Shown: positions 40,309 through 49,724 of the stretch, one piece after another | Layout of the letters: each line of letters starts with the position of its first letter | Numbering within the stretch: position 1 is the first letter of the stretch | Assembly (NCBI GenBank): GCA_963719935.1 | Contig: CAVRDY010000008.1 | Span: 74,118 to 138,117 of the forward strand | DNA length: 64,000 nt | Reading direction: 5' to 3' | From: an uncultured Actinomycetes bacterium | GTDB lineage: Bacteria; Actinomycetota; Acidimicrobiia; Acidimicrobiales; CAVRDY01 | Program-made: the position numbers and the translations under genes | Notes under the pieces: model-generated | The model's database searches: none | Told to the model about the DNA's origin: nothing | Seen by the model: the letters and a program-made list of their open reading frames with translations, nothing else

Positions 40309-43180
40309 ATGCCGGCGATCGCCTGTGGGTGCTGTGGGGGAACCCACCAGTCGGTCGCCGCAGTACGCGCCTGCTGTGGTGGCCGAGACGACCGTAGGGG
40401 CCCGGACGAGCGTGCCATCGCTGCGACGCCCGACCCGGACGACGAGAACGTGCCGATCACCTCGGGGCCGCCTCCGCCGCGCTTCCCCCTGGAGGCACTG
40501 GAACCCCTGCTCGGCCGCTCCGTGGTCGTCACCCCGGGCCAACCCACGCCACACGGCTGGGCGGACTGTGACCGCCTGCGGATCGACGATGCCGTGCTCC
40601 GCCAGCCCGACGATGTGGTGGCCGAGCTCCAGGTTCGCTGGCAGGCCCGGCGACCCACGGTCTTCGACGTGGCCACCGAGGCGCTCGACGAGGTGCCCGC
40701 CGACGCCGTCGGGGGACCCGGCCACACCCTGTACCCCGAGTTGACCTTCCCGGCCGAACGCCTGCACCACCTGGTGTGGAGCCACACCGTCGACGGCCGG
40801 CGCCCCGACGCCCCTGGCTTCTGGGGCCTGCCCGGCTGGGTGCCCGGGCCCGACGGGGACCGCCTCGGCGCCCCCGATCTGCCCGTGTGGATCGACGGCG
40901 GCCCGCTCACCCCCGAACCGGTGCCGGTCCTGGCCCGGGTGGCCGCCGAGAGGGGTCGCACCGCGCCGCTACGCCCGGCGGCCAGCACCGCCGAGCTGGC
41001 TCCCGACCAGCTGGCCGCCGTCGAGCACCGGGGGGCGCGGCCCGCATCATCGCGCCGGCCGGTTCGGGCAAGACCCGGGTGCTCACCGAACGCGCCCGCC
41101 TGCTGGTGGCGGGCTGGGCCTGCCCGCCGGAGCGGTCACCCTCGTGGCCTTCAACACGCGGGCCGCCGCCGAGATGCGGGACCGCCTCGGAGACCTGCCC
41201 ACCCTGGTGCCCCGCACGCTCAACAGCCTGGGTCTGGCCATCGTGGCCGGCACCGGCCCCTTCGCGGTACCGGGACCCCACCAGCGCCGAGTCGAGGTCC
41301 TCGACGAGCGGGGGCAGCGGGCCCTGCTGGGCACCCTGGTCGAGGTGCCCAGGAAGGCCAACACCGACCCGCTCGCCCCGTGGCTGGAAGCGCTCACCCA
41401 GGTCCGTCTCGGCCTGCGGGACCCGGCGGAGGTGGAGGCCGAAGCCCAGGGCGACCTCGAGGGCTTCGCCGAGGTCTACCCCCGCTACCGCCAGGCACTG
41501 GCCGACAAGGCCCTGGTCGACTTCGACGAGCAGATCCACCGGGCCATCGAGCTGTTGGCCGGCGTCCCCGCCCTGCGGGCCCGGGCCCAGCGCGCCGCCC
41601 GGGTGCTGCTCGTCGACGAGTTCCAGGATCTGACCCCCGCCCACCTGCTGCTGGTCCGGCTGCTGGCCTCGCCCCGCTTCGACGTGTTCGGGGTCGGCGA
41701 CGACGACCAGACCATCTACGGGTACACCGGGGCCGATCCCGACTGGCTGATCCGCTTCGACCAGTGGTTCCCCGGAGCCGCCGACCATCCCCTGCACGTC
41801 AACTACCGGTGCCCTCCTGCCGTGGTGACCGCCGCCGGACACCTGCTCTCCCACAACCGCCGCCGCGTGCCCAAGACCGTCACCGCCGCCCCGATCCGGG
41901 CCGCCGACCCCGGCGCACTCCAGGTGGGTGAGGCCACCGACGTCGAAGCGGCCGCACTGGAGTGGGTGCGCGAGCACCTGTCGGCGGGAGCGACCCCTGA
42001 CAGGCTGGCCGTGCTCACCCGGGTCAACTCGGCGCTGGCACCGCTGCAGGTGGCGCTGGTGGAGGCGGGGATCCCCTGCACGACACCGGTCGACACCCGC
42101 TTCTGTGACCGCACCGGGGTGCGGGCTGCCCTGGGTTGGCTGGCCGTCGCGGAGGGTTCCTGGTCGGGGACCGGACCGGTGCGGGAGACGGCCCGGCGTC
42201 CCGGCCGCGGCCTGGCCCCCAAGGTCATCGACTGGATGACCGAGCAGCGCGATCTGGCCGGCATCGAACGCCTGGCGGGCCGGCTCAAGGCCGAGCGGGA
42301 CCAGGACAAGGTGCTCGGCTGGCTGGCCGACGCCCGGCTGCTGGCCCGGCAGCTCTCCCGCGGCGCCACCACCGACGCCCTGGTGACCCTGATACGTGAC
42401 CGGATAGGCCTGGACCGGGCCACCGACACCCTCGACCGGTCCCGGCGCACGGTGGACCGCAGCAGCCACCACGACGACCTGGACGCCTTGGTGGCCCTGG
42501 GTCGCCTGCATCCCGACCCGACCACGTTCGCCGGATGGCTGGCCGACCGTCTCCGGGCGGCTCCCGCCCCGGGCGCCGCGGCGGCCGGTGACGATCAGCC
42601 TGCGGCCGTGCTGCTGTCGACCATCCACCGGGTCAAGGGCCAGGAGTGGGACCACGTGCTGGTGCACAACGTGGCCGACGGCCTGCTGCCCCACCGCCTG
42701 GCCGAGGACCGCGAGGAAGAGCGACGCCTGCTGCACGTGGCCGTCACCCGGGCCACCACCACCGCCCGGGTGCTCGCCCCCGCGGACCGGCCCTCGCCGT
42801 TCATGGAGGAGCTGACCCGCGACCGGCCCCCCGGTCCCGCCCGGTCCGAGCCCCCCGAGCGGCCTGCGTCCGGTCACTCGGCCCGCCGAGCCACGACCCC
42901 GGCGGCACCGCCCCGGCGCACCGCCGACCAGGACGAGCTGTGGGAGCGCCTGCGGGCCTGGCGGCGGGAGCGGGCCCACCAGGACGGCGTGCCCGCATTC
43001 GTGGTCTTCTCCGACGCCACCATCGACGACCTGGTGGCCCGCCGGCCGGCCTCGCTCGAGGACTTCCTGGCCTGCCGGGGCATCGGGCCCACCAAGCTCG
43101 AGCGCTACGGTGACGAGGTCCTTGCTGTGCTCGGGGGCTTCGGGTGCGAGCCCGGATCCGGGATCAGTCCGCAAGGGTGA
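40309..43180 (+). CDS. UvrD/PcrA-like SF1 helicase with C-terminal HRDC domain (frameshifts near 41035-41130)
   Basis: [51 protein letters not shown] and HRDC ([11 protein letters not shown]...[11 protein letters not shown]). Confidence 0.9.
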
Positions 43181-43757
43181 CGGTCACCTCGCGACGGCAG
43201 GCGCCGGTGTGATACATCGTGCAGTGAGCCACGTCGGGCTCGATGCGGTGGGCGATGCCCAGGCCTTCCAGCCAGCCGGTGACCCGTTCGTAGATGCCGC
43301 ACTCGTAGGTGTCGGCCACGCCGAGCACGCTGACGCCCTCGAAGGCGAAGCAGCGCTGCACCTCGAAGGTCACGGACCGTCCGTCGGGTGCCCAGTGCAT
43401 CGTGAAGTCGATGACGTCGGGGATCACCACGGCGACCGCGGTGTCGAAGAAGCGCCGCAACTCGGCCGGGGTGCGCACGACGTCGACGCCCATGAGCTTG
43501 CGGAGCCGGCCCGCCTCAACCGCGGCCATGGAACGCACCGCGGCGCGATTCAACTCGTTGGCCGTCTCGATGCCCAGACGGTCCACGCTGTGGGCAAACC
43601 ACATGGCGTCGTGGGTGAGCCACTGGCGCTGCACGAGGCGCATGCGCACGGCCGCATCGATGACCACCGGCGTCTCGGAGGTCCCGGCGCTTGTGGCTGT
43701 GGTGGTGGTGGGGGTGGTGGGGGTGGGGGTGGTGGGGGTGGGGGTGGGGGTGGTCAT
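43164..43757 (-). CDS. DUF6125 / V4R-like small-molecule-binding protein with Thr/Pro N-terminus
   Basis: WLTHDAMWF plus conserved cysteines; coupled to the TetR gene. Confidence 0.6.
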   Translation of the reverse strand: MTTPTPTPTTPTPTTPTTTTATSAGTSETPVVIDAAVRMRLVQRQWLTHDAMWFAHSVDRLGIETANELNRAAVRSMAAVEAGRLRKLMGVDVVRTPAELRRFFDTAVAVVIPDVIDFTMHWAPDGRSVTFEVQRCFAFEGVSVLGVADTYECGIYERVTGWLEGLGIAHRIEPDVAHCTMYHTGACRREVTVTLAD

Positions 43758-44365
43758 GATCGACTCCTCTCGTCATCGGGATGGGCCAGGGAGCGGATGA
43801 CGCCGTCGACGGCGTCGAGGTCGAGAGTGCCGGGTGGGTGCAGGCCTAGTAGGTCGCGCACTGTGAAGCCGACGCCCATGCCGTCGAGCAGCCAGGATGC
43901 GGTGGTGGCGTCGATCTCGGGGCGGATCACGCCTTCGGCCTGGCCCCGGCGGACGAGGTCCTCGAAGAAGGTGGCGTAGCGCTCGTGGTTGGTGCGCAGT
44001 ACCCCGACGATGTCGGGGTCGGCGCACTCGGCCAGGGCCTGGAATTGGAGGCGGGCCTCGGCGGGGTGGCAGGCCAGGTTCTCCAGGTAGCGTCTCCCGG
44101 CCACGGCCAGGGCGTCGAGGGCGTCGGGGCTGGCCGCCGTGTCCTGCTCCCAGACCTCCAAGATGCGGCGCCCGATGCGGTCCAGCAACTCGCAGAACAG
44201 CGCCTTCTTGGAAGGGAAGTGGCGGTAGAGCAGCGGCTCGCTGACGCCCGCCTCGGCCGCGATGTCGGCGATGCGCGCCGCCCGGTAGTTGGTGCGGGCG
44301 AACACCGCGGTGGCTGCCTTCAGGAGTTGGACCCGCCGGTCGGCCGCTGGGAGCCTGGTGGCCAT
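43754..44365 (-). CDS. TetR-family regulator
   Basis: IADIAAEAGVSEPLLYRHFPSK helix-turn-helix. Confidence 0.95.
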   Translation of the reverse strand: MATRLPAADRRVQLLKAATAVFARTNYRAARIADIAAEAGVSEPLLYRHFPSKKALFCELLDRIGRRILEVWEQDTAASPDALDALAVAGRRYLENLACHPAEARLQFQALAECADPDIVGVLRTNHERYATFFEDLVRRGQAEGVIRPEIDATTASWLLDGMGVGFTVRDLLGLHPPGTLDLDAVDGVIRSLAHPDDERSRS

Positions 44366-44411
44366 CGTGCCTCCTGGACCCGGCAGCACAGTGGCACCGG
44401 GCCAGTAGATT

Positions 44412-44453
44412 AGTTAGTGCTCACTAACTTACGCCTATCGGCGGAGATGTCAA
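44412..44453 (-). promoter_or_regulatory. Promoter (TTGACA-16bp-TAAGTT) overlapping a TetR-type operator
   Basis: Perfect palindrome AGTTAGTG-CT-CACTAACT at 44412-44429; minus-strand TTGACA at 44453-44448. Confidence 0.8.
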
Positions 44454-44531
44454 CCGGCCGTCATCCTTCTGGCCGGGACGCTCCCGAGGCGGTTCCCCCG
44501 AACGTCCCCCCCGCCCAGGCGCCCCTTGGCC

Positions 44532-45895
44532 TCAGACCCACTTGCCCGGGTTGAGGATCCCGGCGGGGTCCAGCGCCTCCTTTATCCGCCCGGTCACCTC
44601 CATGACGTCGGAGCCGAGCTGGGCAGCCAGATGGCGGGCCTTGAGCACCCCCACGCCGTGCTCGCCGGTCACCGTCCCCCCCAAGGCGAGGGCGGCGTCC
44701 ATGACGGCGTCGAAGGCGTTCGCGGCGCGGGCGGTGGCTTCGGCGTCGGTGGCGTCAAATGTGACCAGTGGGTGGAAGTTGCCGTCGCCGGCGTGGCCGA
44801 TCACGGGTATGGCAGTGTCGTGGTCGGTGGCGATGCGCTCGACGGCCGCCAGCAGATCAGGAACGGCAGTGATCGGGACGCCCACGTCTTCGATGAGCAC
44901 CGTGCCCTGCCGTTCCACGCAGGGGATGGCCATGCGGCGCGCTCCCATCAAGAGCTCACCCTCGTCGGTATCGTCGCTGTGGATCACCTCGCTGGCACCG
45001 GCCCCGGTGCACGCGGCCGCGATCGTGGCGGCCTCGGAGGTCGGGCCGTCGGTGCGGGCCAGCAACAGCGCGGCGTCCGTGTCCAGGCCCATCGGGTCGC
45101 ACCGCCTCCACCGCGGCCACCGCGGCCCGGTCCATCAGCTCCAGGACGGCGGGGCGCAGCGCGGCCACGATTGCGGCGACGGCCCGGCCGGCGTCGACGA
45201 CCGAGGCGAAGGTGGCCACCACCGTGGAGGCCGGCGGGGGCGGGGGACGAAGCCGCAGGGTCGCCTCGGTGATGATGCCGAGGGTGCCCTCGGAACCGAC
45301 GAAGAGCCGCTTCAGGTCGTAGCCGGCAACGTCCTTGATGCTGCGACCTCCCAGGCGCAGAGCTCTACCGTCGGCCAGCACCACCTCAAGGCCCAGCACG
45401 TAGTCGGTGGTCACGCCGTACTTGACGCAACACAGCCCGCCGGCGTTGGTGGCCACGTTGCCGCCTATCGAACAGATCTCGAAGGATGAGGGATCGGGTG
45501 GGTACCACAGACCCTGCTCGCGGGCTGCCTCCTTCACCTCGCCGTTGCGCACCCCGGCTCCGACGACCGCCACCGCGGCGGCGGGGTCGATCTCGAGGTG
45601 GCGCAGCGCCTCGGTGGACAAGACGATGCAGCCGTCGAGCGCGCTCGCCCCGCCGGAGAGACCCGAACCCAGTCCCGCGGGGCACCACGGGAACCCCGAG
45701 CCGGCTGGCCACCCGCAACGTGGCCTGGACCTCGGCGGTGTCCCTGGCCCGGACCAGCGCGCTCGGCCTACCGGGAGAAACGGCGCTGGCCCGGTCAGCC
45801 CGGTAGGCCTCGAGGACATCGGGATCGGTGACCAGCGCAACGGGGCTGATCTCGACCCTGAGGGCCTCGGCGACGGTGGCGGGCTCGGATGCCAT
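44532..45895 (-). CDS. Second FAD-linked oxidase (GlcD-like), frameshifted
   Basis: YPPDPSS, GGNVATNAGG...KYGVT, GSEGTLG, GHAGDGNFH, GEHGVG and DPAGILNPGK. Confidence 0.9.
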
Positions 45896-45978
45896 GCCAC
45901 ATTCCACCAGATGGAAGGCGCCGGGCGCCCCATGTGCAGGCGGCTCCCGGGGTGCTCACCTGTTCCAGGTGAGACTCC

Positions 45979-46209
45979 TCACTGATCCCTGGTGAGAACC
46001 AGGGTTCCGAGGGAGTGCACGGCGGGAACCCAGAGCCCGACGAAGAGGCCTTCTTCGCGGTAGCCCGAGAACCACAGCGTCACCGACAGCACGAGGGAGA
46101 GAAGTCCAGCCAACAAGAACATGGACTTGATGCGACGGGTGGAGGCTTCGGCACCGAGGGCGTCGAGAACAGAGCGGGATCGATCGGTGGTGTTGGTGAC
46201 GGCAGTCAT
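45979..46209 (-). CDS. Small two-TM membrane protein
   Basis: 76 aa, hydrophobic, GLFVGLWVP; ATGA-coupled to upstream ORF. Confidence 0.7.
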   Translation of the reverse strand: MTAVTNTTDRSRSVLDALGAEASTRRIKSMFLLAGLLSLVLSVTLWFSGYREEGLFVGLWVPAVHSLGTLVLTRDQ

Positions 46210-46418
46210 GACCCCACCCCCCGCACTACGCGCAGTCCTGCATCGGCCCGTTCCTGGTCCCAGCCTGGTCGGTGCCTATCCGGGTTGCGGTCTTCTGCGG
46301 GAATCCGTTCATGGGAACGTATCTCCTCGTGGCGTTCCATCAGGATGGCGGCGACGGTTGCCGCACTCGAGATGGCGAACACCACGAAGCCGAAAGCGAA
46401 CAGAAGGATCTGGTCCAT
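46206..46418 (-). CDS. Small single-TM protein
   Basis: 70 aa; AGGGGG RBS; N-terminal hydrophobic helix. Confidence 0.6.
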   Translation of the reverse strand: MDQILLFAFGFVVFAISSAATVAAILMERHEEIRSHERIPAEDRNPDRHRPGWDQERADAGLRVVRGVGS

Positions 46419-46587
46419 GTTGCCCCCTTGCTTGGTGAATAGGATTATTGCTAATTAATCCCAACACCCGTCCTCCCTGGATATTCCCGGAGGGACTGCT
46501 CGCCGGGGACCTGTCAACCAGAGCTCGCCAGGCCGTTGACGGCCCATGCGGCTGCCCCGGCGGTGGAACCGGCTCGAGCGGAGCTGA

Positions 46588-48220
46588 TCAGCTTGGGGCG
46601 CCCACGATGGAGCTGGCGTAGCGACCGGCCAGCTCCGAGCGGGCATCCACCCCTCCAACGGTGGAGGCACAGGCCACACCGCCGGCCATCGAACCGGCGA
46701 TGCCGTGGCCGGTCATCGTGGAGGCACCCACCACGTACAGACCGGGCAGCGGTGTGACGAAGCCCGGACGGTTGCCCATCATCTGGTCGGGGGTGCACTT
46801 GGCCCCATAGGAAGTGCCTCCTGTGGAGCGCACGTAGCGCTCGTGGGTGATGGGCGTAGCCGTCTCCTCGTAGAGGATCGACGCCTCCAGGTCGGGGATC
46901 AACCGAGCCGCCGCCGTCACCGCCAGGTCACGCAGCTCGGCCTTGCGTGCCAGGTAGTCGTCGTTGCGCCGGTAGCGCTCGCCCGCTGCCGGCCCACCAT
47001 CTCCCACCCCCCAGAAGCCGTGGTCACGGGGAGCGAGAGTCATGACCTGAAGGTTGGTCTGGCCCGGCCGACACAGGCGCGTGTTGGTCGGGTCCTTCAG
47101 GCTGGAGAGGGTCACGTACACCATGGCCTGGTCGTCGACGCGACCGGCTTCCAGGTTGGCGTAGGCCGCTTCCAGGTCGTCTGTCTCGCAGACGAACATG
47201 TTGCCGTTCGAGAATCCCTCGGCTGCCAGGTCGCGGTCGAGCACCAGGTAGACGACGAAGATGGGCAGCGCCATCTCCAACTCGTCGACCCGGGCCACAT
47301 AGTCGGCGGACAGGTGCTCGGGGCCCACCAGTTCGTGCACGGTGCGCTTGAGGTCCGCGTTGGAGACCACGATCGGCGCCCGGATCTCGTCGGGCACCCC
47401 CTTGGCCTTCTCCGGGGAGGGAGCATGCACCGCAACGCCGGCCACCCGGCCCTCCTCCACAAGGATGTGGCGCACCGAGGTGCGCAACACGACGTCGCCG
47501 CCGTGGGCACGGATCTTCTCGCACAGCGCGTCGGCGATCACCTGGCCGCCGCCCTGGGGGTAGTAGGCGCCCTTGAAGTAGTGCATCACCACCAGGGCGT
47601 GCATGACCAGGGAAGCGTCGTCGGGAGGCAGGGCGTAGACGCCGTGCTGGGCGGCCAGCACGGTGCGCAACCTGGGTGAGGGAGCGAAGGGAGCCAGGAA
47701 GCTGCCCAGAGTGTCGCCCATGTGCTCGAGGAGGTACCTGGGGGCGGCGCCGGCGGTTATCTCGGCATCGAGGCCGGTCACGGTGTCGACATATGCAGTC
47801 GATGCAGGCCGCCTCGTCGGGGAACGTCTCGTGGAGACGACGACGGAAACGCTCTATGTCCTTGGGGATGCGGAACACCATCCCGTCGGGGAAGTGAAGG
47901 TTGTCGTATCCGTCGGGGTCGAGCTCGTTCCACTCGAGGTGGATGCCCAGGGGACCCAGCATCGAGTCGAATGTTCCGCCGGGTCCGCAGTCGCCCAGGT
48001 AGTGGACCCCCACGTCGAACTCGTAGCCCTCGTGGTTGAACACCGTGGCGTTGCCACCCGCCAGGGAGTGCTGGTCGACGACCACCACGCGCCGGCCGAG
48101 CTCGGCCAGGTAGGCGGCACAGGTGAGGCCTCCAATCCCGGCACCGACCACCACCACGTCGGCGTGGGTGAGGTCGCCATAGCTGTCCTGGGGCTTGCTG
48201 GGTCCGTCGATTCCGGGCAT
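46588..48220 (-). CDS. Phytoene desaturase-family FAD oxidoreductase (frameshift near 47790)
   Basis: VVGAGIGGL, GYEFDVGVHY, YPQGGGQ, VVSNAD, ATPIT and GHGIAG. Confidence 0.85.
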
Positions 48221-48315
48221 GGCCGGCACGCGAGCACCGCTCGAACCCGCCAGATAGGGACCAAAGTCCCGAACTGAGAGCAGTGACGGAGTGTCGTGAC
48301 GGGAGCAGAAGCCGC

Positions 48316-49614
48316 TCAGGGTGCCACGAAGGTGTCGTCCCAGCGGCGATCCAGCCGGCGGTACGCCTCGGCTGGCGAAACGGCGGTATAGGCGGGGTCG
48401 CCCCCCTCGGCCAGTTCGAAGGCCACCAGCTTGGCCACCGCGTCATCCTCCTCGAAGTCGATCTCGGTGCCGAAGCGCCGGGTGAACCAGGACTCGGCGG
48501 CGCCGTCGATCCCCTCCACGTCGAGCGGCGCGCCGCTGGCCAGCAACATGGCGTAGGCCACCAACAGCTCCTTGGTCTCCTCCTCCTCGGCCACGTCGAC
48601 CAGGTGGTGCAAAACCCCGGCTCCGTTGTCCAGGTTCTTGAAGTAGAGGTGCTCGGAGAGCCGTTGCAGGAAGGCCAGGCGCCGGTTGCGGAACTTGGAG
48701 ACCTGGCGCCAGAGGAACCCCCCGAAGCTGGTGAGACCGACACCCAGGGCCACCAGCTCGCCCTGGGAGATCTCGGGTTCCGCAGAGCGCAGGCCCAACC
48801 AGGCGGCCAGCACCAGGGCCACCAGGCCCAGAGAGGTCAACAGCTTGGTGAACAGGATCGCCAGTCCTCCCACCACGGCGGGTACGCCGATGAGGACGTG
48901 ATCCACGGGCCGCATACGCACTTCGGAGTTTGGGAACAGGGTCTCGAGGTCGGCACGCGGAACGTCCTTGAAGAGCTTGATGAAGGTCGACCCAGGCTCG
49001 AAGGGCAGATCCTCGAGCTGTTCGGGGCCGAAGTGGTCGGCCTCGTGCACCTTGGCGTAGATGAGTACCCGCTCGTAGCTGGTGAAACGAACCGAGCGGC
49101 GACGCAGCCCTCCCCAAGCCGCCATCTCCTCGGTGCGATTCTCGGCGCCGCGGGCATAGAAGAGGACCTCTTCGAAGTCCTCGAAGCCCACCTGCACCCG
49201 CACCTCGAGCAAGGTCTCCTCCGCGAGAGCCCGATCCAGCTCGGCACGGTCCACGGGCTCGAAGTTGGCATCATCCATCAGCTCGGCCAGACCTGCCACA
49301 AGGTCCTGCTGCGCCCGGCTGCGCAGGTCGCTGGGCCCACGGCGCGTCTCGTCATCGGGATCGAAGGGGGCGAAAGCCTCCTTCAGGTGCTCGAGGCGGG
49401 CGTGGAACTGATGGTGGACAAGGGCGGTGGCCAGCTCGGCCACCGCAGCGAAACCCCTTGCGACCTGTGGGCCTGCGGTGGCCTCGAGGTGCTCGGTCAG
49501 TGCCGCCACCAAGAGGCGCCGGGGCACGGGGATGTGACGCTGGCCGGCATGGCGGTCCGGCGGCGGAGTGTGGTCCCTCGGGGAACCGGGGGCGTCGTCG
49601 ACCATCGCCGGCAT
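48316..49614 (-). CDS. DUF3754 / TMEM143-family membrane protein
   Basis: IKLFKDVPRADLETLFP, LYFKNLDNGAGV and AEEEETKELLVAY. Confidence 0.8.
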   Translation of the reverse strand: MPAMVDDAPGSPRDHTPPPDRHAGQRHIPVPRRLLVAALTEHLEATAGPQVARGFAAVAELATALVHHQFHARLEHLKEAFAPFDPDDETRRGPSDLRSRAQQDLVAGLAELMDDANFEPVDRAELDRALAEETLLEVRVQVGFEDFEEVLFYARGAENRTEEMAAWGGLRRRSVRFTSYERVLIYAKVHEADHFGPEQLEDLPFEPGSTFIKLFKDVPRADLETLFPNSEVRMRPVDHVLIGVPAVVGGLAILFTKLLTSLGLVALVLAAWLGLRSAEPEISQGELVALGVGLTSFGGFLWRQVSKFRNRRLAFLQRLSEHLYFKNLDNGAGVLHHLVDVAEEEETKELLVAYAMLLASGAPLDVEGIDGAAESWFTRRFGTEIDFEEDDAVAKLVAFELAEGGDPAYTAVSPAEAYRRLDRRWDDTFVAP

Positions 49615-49616
49615 TG

Positions 49617-49693
49617 CTACTACACCCGGAGGCGGTCACTCGCGGTCACTCGCGGCCACTCGCGGTCACTCGCGGTCACTCGCGGTGTAGTAG
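49617..49693. repeat. 10-bp tandem repeat (GCGGTCACTC x5) bracketed by a perfect 10-bp inverted repeat
   Basis: CTACTACACC (49617-26) and GGTGTAGTAG (49684-93) flank the array. Confidence 0.9.
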
Positions 49694-49724
49694 ACCCGCG
49701 ACGAGCCTGGACCGGGAGGTCGCC

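Noticed and set aside
43516..43776. Poly-His/Pro 86-aa ORF
   Set aside because: Alternate-frame reading of the G/T tract overlapping a better-supported CDS.
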